A model generated the notes under the pieces. It had not been told where the DNA came from, did not search any database, and saw only the letters and a program-made list of their open reading frames with translations. From a virus (lineage: Duplodnaviria > Heunggongvirae > Uroviricota > Caudoviricetes): a stretch of 64,000 nt of DNA. The position numbers and the translations under genes were made by a program. This document shows positions 45,670 to 54,141 of the stretch, piece after piece (the stretch's first letter is position 1; each line of letters begins with the position of its first letter). The stretch spans positions 103,935 through 167,934 of the IMG/VR virus record IMGVR_UViG_3300046642_001000; one strand, 5' to 3'.

Positions 45670-46155
45670 ATGGACCCGCTCCGTTGGGCAAAGTTCTTCG
45701 CCGTAGTGAAGCACGGCAACCAGACGTACTCAGGTTGTCTCCCCTACAGCCACCACCTGGCCGCCGTGGAAGCGGTGCTCCGCCGCTTCGGAGTGGACAT
45801 GCAGTACTTCTTGGAAGCCGCCTGGCTCCACGACGTGGTGGAAGACACCAACACGAAGCTCAAGGAGATCTACGAGTTCTTCGGCCCCGAGGTTGCAGAC
45901 TTGGTCGGAGCCGTGACCAACGAGCCCGGGGCAAACAGGAAGATCAGAGGGATGCTGACGTACCCGAAGATCCGTGCCGTGAAGGGCGCCACTCGGCTGA
46001 AGCTGGCGGACCGCATCGCCAACGTCGAGCAGGGCGGGAAGCTCGTCGACATGTACCGCAAGGAGTACGAGGACTTCAAGAGGAACCTCTTCGTCGCCGG
46101 CGAGAACGAGGACATGTGGAACCACCTCGACGGGATTATGAAGGAGGAAGCATGA
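45670..46155 (+). CDS. RelA/SpoT-type HD-domain hydrolase (small alarmone hydrolase-like)
   Basis: HH ... AAWLHDVVEDT, matching the (p)ppGpp hydrolase signature AALLHDVIEDT. Confidence 0.6.
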   Translation: MDPLRWAKFFAVVKHGNQTYSGCLPYSHHLAAVEAVLRRFGVDMQYFLEAAWLHDVVEDTNTKLKEIYEFFGPEVADLVGAVTNEPGANRKIRGMLTYPKIRAVKGATRLKLADRIANVEQGGKLVDMYRKEYEDFKRNLFVAGENEDMWNHLDGIMKEEA

Positions 46156-46751
46156 AGATTCTCGTCGACCAGGACGAGGTGCTCGCCGAGTGGGGCAAGC
46201 GCATCCTCGAGTGGTACAACCTCGACAAGGCCATTGAAGCCAGGGAACAGAACCTCCCAGCCCCGCGGGTCTTCACCCTCGAGGACATGAAGCACTGGGA
46301 GCTGAAGATGAACCTCGGCCCCGGCAGTGAGGTCTACCTCAGGAACTACATGAGGTACCCGAACTTCTACCAGGACCTGGAGCCCGTCGAGGGAGCCATC
46401 GAAGGGATGAAGGCCCTCATCGACGCTGGCCACGAGGTCAAGATCGTGACCTCCATTCCCAAGTGCGCCGGCCTGGCGTACGAGGGGAAGCTGCAGTGGC
46501 TGCGTGAGTACATGCCCTTCTTCCCCCTGAAGAAGTTCTACGCCGTCAGTGAGAAGTATGAGGTGAAGGGCGACCTCCTTCTCGACGACGGTCTCCACAA
46601 CCTCACTCCTTTCCAAAGTGTGGGTGTCGCCGTCGCCTTCGACCGGCCGTGGAACCAGAGCTGGACCGGACCGCGCGTCAAGAGCTGGCCGGAGTTCGTT
46701 AAGTTCGTAGAGTTTGCCAAGAGCATCCGCTCTCACGGTGAACCTACTTAA
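46152..46751 (+). CDS. 5'(3')-deoxyribonucleotidase, HAD superfamily
   Basis: N-terminal ILVDQDEV (DxDxV) motif. Confidence 0.6.
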   Translation: MKILVDQDEVLAEWGKRILEWYNLDKAIEAREQNLPAPRVFTLEDMKHWELKMNLGPGSEVYLRNYMRYPNFYQDLEPVEGAIEGMKALIDAGHEVKIVTSIPKCAGLAYEGKLQWLREYMPFFPLKKFYAVSEKYEVKGDLLLDDGLHNLTPFQSVGVAVAFDRPWNQSWTGPRVKSWPEFVKFVEFAKSIRSHGEPT

Positions 46752-46784
46752 ATCTCCAACGCCACAACATTCCAGGAGGAAACC

Positions 46785-47117
46785 ATGGCGAAGCGCCGCA
46801 CGACCAAGACCGAGAAGCTGCTCCGAGAGATCCAGAAGGCCGGCAAGACCGGGCTCTCCCACAAGGAGATCGTCAAGTTCCTGCTTCGTGGCACCGGCCG
46901 CAAGTACGGCCCCGAGACGCGTCGGCTCTTCGACTCGCGCCTCTACGGCACGAACAGCCGCAGCGGCGTCCTCGAGCGTTGCGACCGCAACTTCAAGAAC
47001 GGCAACTACACCCTCTCGAAGAAGGCCACGACCGAGGGTCCCTTCACCGAGTCGCTGGCCCAGCCGGTGTTCTCCGCCTACGAGCCGTCCTACACGGACG
47101 AGGACTACACCTACTAG
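46785..47117 (+). CDS. hypothetical protein
   Basis: 110-aa ORF; AGGAGGA Shine-Dalgarno upstream. Confidence 0.5.
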   Translation: MAKRRTTKTEKLLREIQKAGKTGLSHKEIVKFLLRGTGRKYGPETRRLFDSRLYGTNSRSGVLERCDRNFKNGNYTLSKKATTEGPFTESLAQPVFSAYEPSYTDEDYTY

Positions 47118-47149
47118 TCCTTCCCAAGGAGGAGGTTCCGTGGTATAAT
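47117..47149 (+). promoter_or_regulatory. class A promoter: GTCCTTCCC then 21 nt then GTGGTATAAT
   Basis: the upstream element starts at the G of the preceding TAG stop; fixed 27-nt spacing; ATG follows 6 nt after the hexamer. Confidence 0.5.
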
Positions 47150-47155
47150 GTAACC

Positions 47156-47833
47156 ATGGGCCTCCAACCTTCCCAGCTCAGAGCTTATCACAAGCTCTCC
47201 TCTCACCACCGAGCGGACGTCCTCCGGGTCGCCTACGTCTCGTGCTTCTACTGCCTCCGCCACTTCTCCCCCAAGAAGAAGAAGATCAAGGAATGGTGTG
47301 ACGATGACCAGACGGCGATCTGCCCGTACTGTGGCATCGACGCCATCCTACCAACCCACATGGGAACGGAAGCGCTGCAGGACATGCACGACTACTGGTT
47401 CTCTGTCGTGACAGGAAAGGGCTACCAGATGAGAAAAGGAAGAGCACTGGCCAAGATCAAGGCCGTCATCCTCGAAGAGGACAAGATCGACATCAACGAC
47501 CTCGCCTACAAGGCGCACAACATGGCCTGTGAGAAGGGCTTCTGGGACGACCTGAAGGAGGAGCCGGGCAGGCTTACCAGCATCGGGGCCAAGATCGCCC
47601 TGATCCACTCCGAGGTCTCCGAGGCGATCGAGGAGTACCGCAACGGTCATCCCCTGGACGAGACCAGGATCGAGGACGGGAAGCCGGAGGGCTTCGGTGT
47701 GGAGCTCGCCGACGTGATCATCAGGGTGTGCGATCTCGCCGCCCGAGCGGGCGTCAATCTCGGCGCCTGCATCAACCTCAAGATGAGGTACAACGAGACC
47801 CGACCCACGAGGCACGGGGGAAAGCTGATCTGA
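47156..47833 (+). CDS. zinc-ribbon + MazG-like NTP pyrophosphohydrolase fusion
   Basis: N-terminal CFYC ... CPYC; C-terminal LIHSEVSEAIEEYR ... ELADVIIRV MazG motifs. Confidence 0.55.
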   Translation: MGLQPSQLRAYHKLSSHHRADVLRVAYVSCFYCLRHFSPKKKKIKEWCDDDQTAICPYCGIDAILPTHMGTEALQDMHDYWFSVVTGKGYQMRKGRALAKIKAVILEEDKIDINDLAYKAHNMACEKGFWDDLKEEPGRLTSIGAKIALIHSEVSEAIEEYRNGHPLDETRIEDGKPEGFGVELADVIIRVCDLAARAGVNLGACINLKMRYNETRPTRHGGKLI

Positions 47834-48075
47834 TGGCCAAGAAGAGCTACAAGACCAGACCCTTCAAGGGACCAAGCGACTTCATCTGCCCGATCCACAA
47901 GGAGACGGTCACGATGAAGAACCGGACCAGGATCGACGAGGACACAGGCAGGGCGAAGAGCGCCGGCTCCTACCTCTCATGCCCCAAGTATGGCGAGTGC
48001 CACTACTGGGTCTCTCCCTTCAACAGCCAGGGAGCCATGGTCGCCGTGATCGAAGAACAAGGAGAAGGACGATGA
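47833..48075 (+). CDS. hypothetical protein
   Basis: 80-aa ORF. Confidence 0.45.
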   Translation: MAKKSYKTRPFKGPSDFICPIHKETVTMKNRTRIDEDTGRAKSAGSYLSCPKYGECHYWVSPFNSQGAMVAVIEEQGEGR

Positions 48076-48647
48076 AGAAGCTCTTGCTCATGCTCTGTGC
48101 CCTGCTCGCCCTGTCGGGCGTGGCCGAGGCGAAGAAGAAGAACTGGCTCTTCAGGGGCTACAACAAGCTGGGTGCCCAGCTGAACGTGGGGGCGCCTGAC
48201 GGGGCGGGCGTGGACGCCGTCATCCGTCCGCTGAAGTTCCTCCGGTTCAACGTCGGCGGGACCACGGACATCGCCAGCGGCGGCATCCGGGCCGGGGTGA
48301 CCGTCGCCCCTTTCTACTACGTGTCGCCCTCGGCGACGATCGAGGGTGGCTACCAGTTCCCGGGGAACTTCAACCGGGTGGTGGCGATGTTCGCCTCGGA
48401 CCCGAAGAACCCGCTGCTGAACTCGGTGGGCTACGGCTACGTGAACTTCCACGGTGGGCTGGAGTTCGGCCACCCGAACTGGTTCATGTTCGGGATCAGG
48501 GCGGGATACAGCTACATCGGGACGCAGACCTCGGGGCTGCAGACGTACATCAACCAGAACTCCAAGGGAGTGGACCTGAAGGTGCAGGAGGTCGGACTGG
48601 GCGTCTGGACCCCCAGCGCGAAGATCAACTTCCTTGTGTGGTTCTAA
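48072..48647 (+). CDS. outer-membrane beta-barrel-like protein
   Basis: signal peptide MKKLLLMLCALLALSGVAEA; alternating strand pattern; C-terminal ...NFLVWF with a terminal Phe. Confidence 0.5.
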   Translation: MKKLLLMLCALLALSGVAEAKKKNWLFRGYNKLGAQLNVGAPDGAGVDAVIRPLKFLRFNVGGTTDIASGGIRAGVTVAPFYYVSPSATIEGGYQFPGNFNRVVAMFASDPKNPLLNSVGYGYVNFHGGLEFGHPNWFMFGIRAGYSYIGTQTSGLQTYINQNSKGVDLKVQEVGLGVWTPSAKINFLVWF

Positions 48648-48659
48648 AGGAGTGGAGTC

Positions 48660-49166
48660 ATGAAAACAATCCTTTCGACGATCCTCGTTCTTTCGACGTG
48701 CTTTGCGGTGGGTGGATGCGTGGTAATCCAGGCGACGGAGCCGAGCGCCTGCCTGAGCCAGAGCGTCAGCATCCCCGGAGCTCCAAGCCAGGTCGGCAAC
48801 GCGGTCGGCACCGTCAGTGAAAGCAAGACCTTCGAGCAGGACCTGAGCGGGGCACCGACGGACCTGGTCACCAGCCTGAAGCTGACGGGCGGCCAGATCT
48901 CCCTCCAGGGCTCCAGCCTGGACTTCCTCGACGAGGTCAAGGTCACTCTCCTCGGTGACAACCCGGTGGTCCTGGTGGACGTGAAGCCGGCGCCTGGAGC
49001 CACCTCGGTCGCCATCCCCGCCCTTCAGGAGAACATCGTGAAGTACCTCCAGGGGGGCAAGGTGGAGCTGCAGTTGGACGTCACCGGACGTCTGCCGACG
49101 CAGGACTTCGATCTGGAAGTGGGCCTGTGCGTTTCGGCCGAGGTCGACAAACAGATCGGTCTCTGA
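48660..49166 (+). CDS. lipoprotein
   Basis: lipobox AVGGC after the signal peptide. Confidence 0.5.
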   Translation: MKTILSTILVLSTCFAVGGCVVIQATEPSACLSQSVSIPGAPSQVGNAVGTVSESKTFEQDLSGAPTDLVTSLKLTGGQISLQGSSLDFLDEVKVTLLGDNPVVLVDVKPAPGATSVAIPALQENIVKYLQGGKVELQLDVTGRLPTQDFDLEVGLCVSAEVDKQIGL

Positions 49167-49182
49167 TCCGCTATTTACCTTC

Positions 49183-49551
49183 ATGCCCTCGAAGTACACC
49201 CGCCCCACGCCGGCAGACATCGCCCGTCGGATCTACGGGACCTTCACCTCCATTCTCCATACCGATCACGGGATAGACGAAGAGGAATGGGACCACATGC
49301 CCGATGAGCTCAGGTCGGCCTTCATCGAGGCGGTGGACATGGTGGTCAAGGAAGAGCTGGAGACCATCGCCAACGTGTTCGACCGAGAGGTCAACGAGGT
49401 AGCAGGACGGAAGGCGCAGGCCATCGCCGACGAGATCGTGGCCTCCACGCCCCCGCCCCAGCCATCAAACGCCCCGCCCATCCCATGCTACTACTGCGGG
49501 AAGAGGCGGGCGATCAAGTGGAACGCCTGCGCGGAGTGTCTAAGACCATGA
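49183..49551 (+). CDS. hypothetical protein
   Basis: 122-aa ORF. Confidence 0.45.
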   Translation: MPSKYTRPTPADIARRIYGTFTSILHTDHGIDEEEWDHMPDELRSAFIEAVDMVVKEELETIANVFDREVNEVAGRKAQAIADEIVASTPPPQPSNAPPIPCYYCGKRRAIKWNACAECLRP

Positions 49552-49889
49552 GCGAAGAGACGAAAGTCCCTACCCAGTACATCCTGATCCGGAAGGACCT
49601 GCCCATCGAGAAGCAGATGGTGAACGTGGGGCACGCCGCCGGAGAGTCCATCCTGAAGGCTCCCATCGACAAGAGGACCCGCATCCGGCTCCTGTGGGTG
49701 GAGAACGAAGAGGAGCTGATCTCCTACTTCAACAAGCTGAAGGAGAAGGGCTTCCCTGTGGACATCGTCTACGAGCCAGACCCGCCCTACAACGGGGCGG
49801 CTATGGCGGTCGGCACCGATCCCATGCTCGAACGGGTCAGCGCCCTCTCCAAGGTCGTCTACCACCTGAAGTCTGTGAGGTTCGAATGA
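49548..49889 (+). CDS. PTH2-like peptidyl-tRNA hydrolase (tentative)
   Basis: YILIRKDLPIEKQMVNVGHAAGE resembles the PTH2 N-terminal block. Confidence 0.35.
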   Translation: MSEETKVPTQYILIRKDLPIEKQMVNVGHAAGESILKAPIDKRTRIRLLWVENEEELISYFNKLKEKGFPVDIVYEPDPPYNGAAMAVGTDPMLERVSALSKVVYHLKSVRFE

Positions 49890-50179
49890 GCGAAGACACC
49901 AAGACTCCCGAAGAAGAGAAGCCGCTGGACATTGACGGCTTCAGGTACTTCTACTCCCGTGCCTATCTGCTCCCGATCGACAAGGAGCTCTTCGGTCTCT
50001 ACCGCAGCATGATCGCCGAAGAGGTGGCGACCGGCAAGCGGGAGAAGACCGGGAAGCCCGTCGGTCCGATCAAGATCCTCAGGAAGAAGCTGCCCTCGGA
50101 CAAAGAGGAAGCGGTCCGCGTCCGGACGGTACACCCGAAGACGGGCGAGAGTCTGGAGCTGGTGGAGTGGGAAGGATAG
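49886..50179 (+). CDS. hypothetical protein
   Basis: 97-aa ORF. Confidence 0.45.
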   Translation: MSEDTKTPEEEKPLDIDGFRYFYSRAYLLPIDKELFGLYRSMIAEEVATGKREKTGKPVGPIKILRKKLPSDKEEAVRVRTVHPKTGESLELVEWEG

Positions 50180-50393
50180 AGGAAGCCGAGAGGGTCCTCG
50201 AAGAGTGTGAATGTCGTCAGCCACCCTACCTCGACTGCTGCGAGGGGGAGGGCCCGACGACCACGCAGCTCTGCCACTGTCTTCCGCTTAGACGGGCAGT
50301 CCTAGAACATAGATGGGAGGAGCGGTATGGGTCTCATAGTCTTCGCCGTGATGGCGTTCGTCTGGCTGGTCTGCGTCCCGAAGGGAGGCGACC

Positions 50394-50699
50394 ATGAGTA
50401 AGAAGGTCCACGAGGTCAAGGTCTACTCCGAGAGCGGGGACGACATCCCTCCCCAGGAGCTCGCCAGGCTCCTCGGAGACCTCCGGTACGACGCCATGGC
50501 CGAATACCTGGACGCCCTGGCAAAGAAGCTCTCAGACGACTCCAGGAGCGACGGCGGCCGTGGCAGAGGCCAACTGGCAGAGAGGCTGCAAAGAGCGGCA
50601 TTCGCGCTCGATGAGGCACGTCTGGAAATCAAAGAGGCATGGGCGATCTGCGCTCCCTACATGGTATCAAAAGTGCCGGATGAAAAGGAGAAGAAGTAG
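50394..50699 (+). CDS. hypothetical protein
   Basis: 101-aa ORF. Confidence 0.5.
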   Translation: MSKKVHEVKVYSESGDDIPPQELARLLGDLRYDAMAEYLDALAKKLSDDSRSDGGRGRGQLAERLQRAAFALDEARLEIKEAWAICAPYMVSKVPDEKEKK

Positions 50700-50753
50700 A
50701 TTCCTTTTCTCGTCTAGACTTTCTATTTGATACCACACACGAAAGGAACTCCA

Positions 50754-51095
50754 ATGAATACAAGGGCTAGGGACAGGCGCGGGGGCCAAGGTATCGCTCT
50801 CGCGCAGGAGTATTTCCGCGCCATCGAGAACACCAACCGGCTGGAAGAGCTGCTGTCTGAGCGGGTCGTGGAGCTCGTGGGGGCCATCGACGTGCACAAC
50901 GTAGACTTCGCCCCGTACGACGACGCGGTCCTCATCCAGTTCGCGCCGAACAGCCTGGCGGTCACGGAGACGGGGCAGCAGGAGATCTACGCCCTCGGCT
51001 TCAAGCGGATCCTCGTGCACCACCAGAACGGGCTGGAGACCGTGTACTACACCGGCGGTCCGACCAAGGGGCGCACCGGGCCCCGCACCAAGTAG
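50754..51095 (+). CDS. hypothetical protein
   Basis: 113-aa ORF; AAAGGA Shine-Dalgarno 7 nt upstream. Confidence 0.45.
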   Translation: MNTRARDRRGGQGIALAQEYFRAIENTNRLEELLSERVVELVGAIDVHNVDFAPYDDAVLIQFAPNSLAVTETGQQEIYALGFKRILVHHQNGLETVYYTGGPTKGRTGPRTK

Positions 51096-51217
51096 AAGCA
51101 TCTCAGCTTAGACTGTCCCGTCACCTCATTTTCCTTCCTATAATAAAGGAAAAAAAGAGGTCCCCAGAGTGAAAAAAGACTACGTCTTAGCATTTTTTGT
51201 TTCACTTTGGTGGAGAC

Positions 51218-51228
51218 TGTGATATAAT
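51218..51228 (+). promoter_or_regulatory. extended -10 promoter TGTGATATAAT in an AT-rich intergenic island
   Basis: followed by a 58-nt leader with an AAAGGA Shine-Dalgarno; preceded by a hairpin and a T-run. Confidence 0.45.
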
Positions 51229-51286
51229 CTTCTTATTGGTTGACAACGGATCGGCAGGGAAGCCGACCACTGAAAGGACAACGAAC

Positions 51287-51748
51287 ATGGCGAACGAGAA
51301 CGAGACGATCGAGACCGCGACCGAAGGCACCGAGGACATGGGCCAGAAGCTCAAGAAGGCGGGCAAGAAGGCCGAGGCGCAGAAGGCGGCCCGCCGGGAG
51401 CGCACCGTCAAGGGCAGCCACCTCCTGCCGCAGCTGACCTCCGCGGAGCGCATCAACGGCCTCGCCACCGAGGACAAGAGCGGCTTCACCAAGATCGTCG
51501 GCAAGATCAAGGGCCGCGCGATCTACGTGGCCAAGAAGGGCGGCCGCGTGGACCTCTCGGGGTTCACGGTCGAGTCCCCGGCGGTCGCGCAGATCACCGA
51601 GGAAGAGGCTCGCCAGAAGCACCTCGGCAAGGTGCGCGGTCAGCTGGACTTCAACGCGGCGGACGACGCGGTCCTCGCGGCCTACGACTCGGCCCTGGCG
51701 GTCCTCGCCGAGGAGCCGGCCCCGGCCCCCGAGGCGGAGAGCAAGTAG
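51287..51748 (+). CDS. hypothetical protein, paralogue of the gene at 56041..56427
   Basis: GRAIYVAKKGGRVDLSGFT...QITEEEARQKHLGKVRGQLDF matches GKIVYIAKSADVRRIDISGFT...QISDEDAKARKLGKVRAQVDF. Confidence 0.55.
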   Translation: MANENETIETATEGTEDMGQKLKKAGKKAEAQKAARRERTVKGSHLLPQLTSAERINGLATEDKSGFTKIVGKIKGRAIYVAKKGGRVDLSGFTVESPAVAQITEEEARQKHLGKVRGQLDFNAADDAVLAAYDSALAVLAEEPAPAPEAESK

Positions 51749-51814
51749 TCCTGGCGGCTTCCCGAGGGGGGAGGGGGTCACGGCTCCCTCCCCCACCGCA
51801 GCCTACCTATCCCC

Positions 51815-52081
51815 ATGAACTGGGACAAAGCAAATCTCTACACCAAGGTCGGCGCCCTCTTTCTCCTGCAGGGGCTCTTGCTCTTCGGGATCTGCGCGGC
51901 CGCGCTCTCCGTGGGCGCCCTCACCCTCATGCTCCTGAAGATGGGGCAGAGCCGGTTGGCTGGCATCGCAGCCCTCCTCTCCGGAGTGTCCACCTATCTC
52001 GGGCTCCTTCCCGGCCGGACCAACGCCATGGCTCGGCTCACCATCTGGCTCTTCTCCGCGCCCGCCGAACCGCCCAAGTAA
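51815..52081 (+). CDS. small membrane protein
   Basis: 88 aa with two or three predicted transmembrane helices. Confidence 0.5.
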   Translation: MNWDKANLYTKVGALFLLQGLLLFGICAAALSVGALTLMLLKMGQSRLAGIAALLSGVSTYLGLLPGRTNAMARLTIWLFSAPAEPPK

Positions 52082-52114
52082 CCTCACTCTTTTTCCTTTC
52101 TTCTTCATTCTCTC

Positions 52115-52125
52115 TGTGGTATGAT
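52115..52125 (+). promoter_or_regulatory. extended -10 promoter TGTGGTATGAT
   Basis: ATG at 52133 lies 7 nt after the hexamer (leaderless); the ORF-table start at 52121 falls inside the hexamer. Confidence 0.4.
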
Positions 52126-52132
52126 TGTACCT

Positions 52133-52387
52133 ATGAGAGACCCCAATAGGATTCCGCGCATCATCGCCCTCCTCACGGAGTACTGGCAGCGAGCGCCAGA
52201 CCTCAGGCTCGGGCAGATCATCATGAACTTCACCCCGTCCCGTGGGGTGTGCGACTGCCCCACGTTCTCGAAGCGGGGCTTCCACGACATCGAGTGCTCC
52301 ACCTTCGACCGAGACCCCTACAACTGGGAGGACGACCACTGGGAAAAAGCGCTGCAGCAGGCATTGGCCGAGATCGGCCACCCGTGA
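52133..52387 (+). CDS. hypothetical protein
   Basis: 84-aa ORF. Confidence 0.45.
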   Translation: MRDPNRIPRIIALLTEYWQRAPDLRLGQIIMNFTPSRGVCDCPTFSKRGFHDIECSTFDRDPYNWEDDHWEKALQQALAEIGHP

Positions 52388-52535
52388 GGACGGAGCCGTG
52401 GTGGGTGTGCAGATGTGGAGTCGCGGTGGCGAAGGTGGGCAAGAGCATCCGCTCTGCCCACGTGACGCATGCCAAGACCTGCTCGCAGCCTGGCTACGCG
52501 ATCAAGCAGCTGCCCCAGAAACGTAGAACAAAGTA

Positions 52536-52596
52536 GTGTACACCTGAAGGATCTTGGGATAGAATGTAATTTCAATTGGATATGGAGAACCCAATG
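52536..52596 (+). promoter_or_regulatory. class B promoter (GTGTACACC, then 15 nt, then TAGAAT) plus a conserved leader/ribosome-binding cassette
   Basis: 24-nt fixed spacing from GTGTAC to the hexamer; CAATTGGATATGGAGAACCCAATG is 22/24 identical to 57585..57608. Confidence 0.5.
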
Positions 52597-53571
52597 ACAC
52601 TGTCACTGGTCAAGCCCGACGAGAAGACGGAACTCCTCTCCTCGGTCCGCGTCCCCGAGAAGTTCTACACTCGGCTCAAGTCCGGCAACGACATCATCGA
52701 TGCCATGTTCGGCGGGGACGACATGCCCGGAGTTCTGCCTGGGGCCTGCGTCATGTGCACGGGCACCCCGGGAGCCGGCAAGACCACGTTCATGCTCCAG
52801 CTGGCGGACTCCCTCTCCATCCACGAGGGGCGGGTGTTGCTCTACAACGCCAACGAAGAGAGCAAGCCGATGGTCAAGCTGGCCGCGGACCGCATCAAGA
52901 TCAAGGGGGCGTTCCAGATCAAGCAGCTCCACGACGTGGACCAGCTGGTCAAGTATGTCCTGGACGAGGGCATCGAGGTGCTGGTCCAGGACTCGCTCCA
53001 GACCCTCTCGGACGGCCAGCTCTCGGGGCAGCGGCTCCTGAAGTCCGTCTGCCGCAAGCTGGTCCGGCTCTCGAAGGACCACGATGTGACCGTCTTCGTG
53101 GTCGGCCAGGTCACCAAGTCCGGCCACGCGGCCGGCCCGATGGCGCTGGTCCACGAGGTGGACGTCCACATGCACCTGAGCCGGGACAAGGAGAGCGGCA
53201 ACCGGGTGCTCTCCCTCGAGAAGAACCGCTTCGGTCCGGCCGGCATCCCGTACGAGTTCATGCTCTCGGCCCACGGTCTGGACTTCAAGCCGGCGGAGAA
53301 CCCGACCGCGGGTCAGTCCAGCTCAGAGCCGACGGTCAGCCGGCAGGTGGAGCGGAAGCAGGAGGTCATGAAGATCATCCGCTCGAAGCTCGAGGCCGGA
53401 GAGATGCTGTCGGGCTACTGCTTCGAGAGGCTCGGGGTGGACTGCTCGGGCGGCTACTGGAGGGGGATGCTCCGTCTGGTGGTCGAGCAGATGAAGAAGG
53501 AAGGACGCGCGGTGGGCGAGGCCCGCGTGGACGGACGGCTGCACAACTTCCTCGAGAAGGCGGTGGCCTGA
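52594..53571 (+). CDS. RecA-superfamily ATPase (RadA/Sms- or KaiC-like)
   Basis: Walker A CTGTPGAGKTTFMLQLA; Walker B-like VLVQDSLQ; alternative in-frame starts at 52576 (TTG) and 52582. Confidence 0.65.
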   Translation: MTLSLVKPDEKTELLSSVRVPEKFYTRLKSGNDIIDAMFGGDDMPGVLPGACVMCTGTPGAGKTTFMLQLADSLSIHEGRVLLYNANEESKPMVKLAADRIKIKGAFQIKQLHDVDQLVKYVLDEGIEVLVQDSLQTLSDGQLSGQRLLKSVCRKLVRLSKDHDVTVFVVGQVTKSGHAAGPMALVHEVDVHMHLSRDKESGNRVLSLEKNRFGPAGIPYEFMLSAHGLDFKPAENPTAGQSSSEPTVSRQVERKQEVMKIIRSKLEAGEMLSGYCFERLGVDCSGGYWRGMLRLVVEQMKKEGRAVGEARVDGRLHNFLEKAVA

Positions 53572-53780
53572 TGTTCAATCTCATCCTGCTCGGAGTGTTC
53601 GTCTGGGGAGTCGTGGAGGTCCTGACGGGGCTCCGCATCCTGATGTACGTCCCCCTCATCCTGCTGGCCAAGTGCTTCGCCAAGCCCATCCAGATCGGGT
53701 ACACGCCCGAGGTCCTGAAGCGGATGGACCGGGAGGCCAAGCGGCGGGACAAGGACGAACACGGCATCCCCTACCTCTAG
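53571..53780 (+). CDS. small membrane protein
   Basis: 69 aa with two hydrophobic helices; TGATG overlap. Confidence 0.45.
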   Translation: MFNLILLGVFVWGVVEVLTGLRILMYVPLILLAKCFAKPIQIGYTPEVLKRMDREAKRRDKDEHGIPYL

Positions 53781-54130
53781 ATCACCCGCCGTCCCTTGCC
53801 GTCATACACGAGCACCAACATGGTGTAGCCACTCATCCGCGCCCAGGACCACTTGGCGGTGTTCTTGCGCTTGTTCCGGGCCATGGTGTAGGGGGACTTG
53901 ATCTCGACCATCGTGTTGGTCTTCGGGATGTAGAAGTCGGGGTAGTACGTGTGCCAGCGCTTGCCGATCTTGTACCTGATGGGCGGGGCGGGGACCACCA
54001 CGTCGTGGACCGTCAGCCCGAAGCGTTCCAGGTCCTTCAGGAAGAAGGGTTCGTAGCCCTGTACCCGGAACTTCTTGCCTTCGACGACGACGTTCTTGAA
54101 CCTATACTTGTAGCGGCGCTTCTTCTTCAC
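53777..54130 (-). CDS. PD-(D/E)xK-type nuclease-like protein
   Basis: a reverse-strand gene with native GC3 codon bias; GTG start; the E..ER ... YYPDFYIP ... VEIKSPY pattern fits a restriction-endonuclease-fold catalytic core. Confidence 0.55.
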   Translation of the reverse strand: MKKKRRYKYRFKNVVVEGKKFRVQGYEPFFLKDLERFGLTVHDVVVPAPPIRYKIGKRWHTYYPDFYIPKTNTMVEIKSPYTMARNKRKNTAKWSWARMSGYTMLVLVYDGKGRRVI

Positions 54131-54141
54131 AGCAATAAGTA

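Noticed and set aside
50167-50397. 76-aa Cys-rich ORF (GTG start) versus a 24-codon hydrophobic peptide at 50327..50401 in another frame
   Set aside because: The two frames overlap. GC3 favours the Cys-rich frame up to about 50290 and the short-peptide frame after; I cannot decide between them from sequence alone, so neither is listed as a feature.
51129-51153. TTTTCCTT ... AAGGAAAA hairpin considered as an intrinsic terminator
   Set aside because: No T-run follows it on either strand; it is kept as a regulatory hairpin, and only the weaker AAGAC/GTCTT + T6 element downstream is terminator-like.
52755-53780. 341-aa plus-strand ORF overlapping the RecA-fold ATPase gene
   Set aside because: Only its last 69 codons (53571..53780, after an internal ATG coupled to the upstream stop) look like a real small membrane protein; the rest is an off-frame read-through of the ATPase gene.
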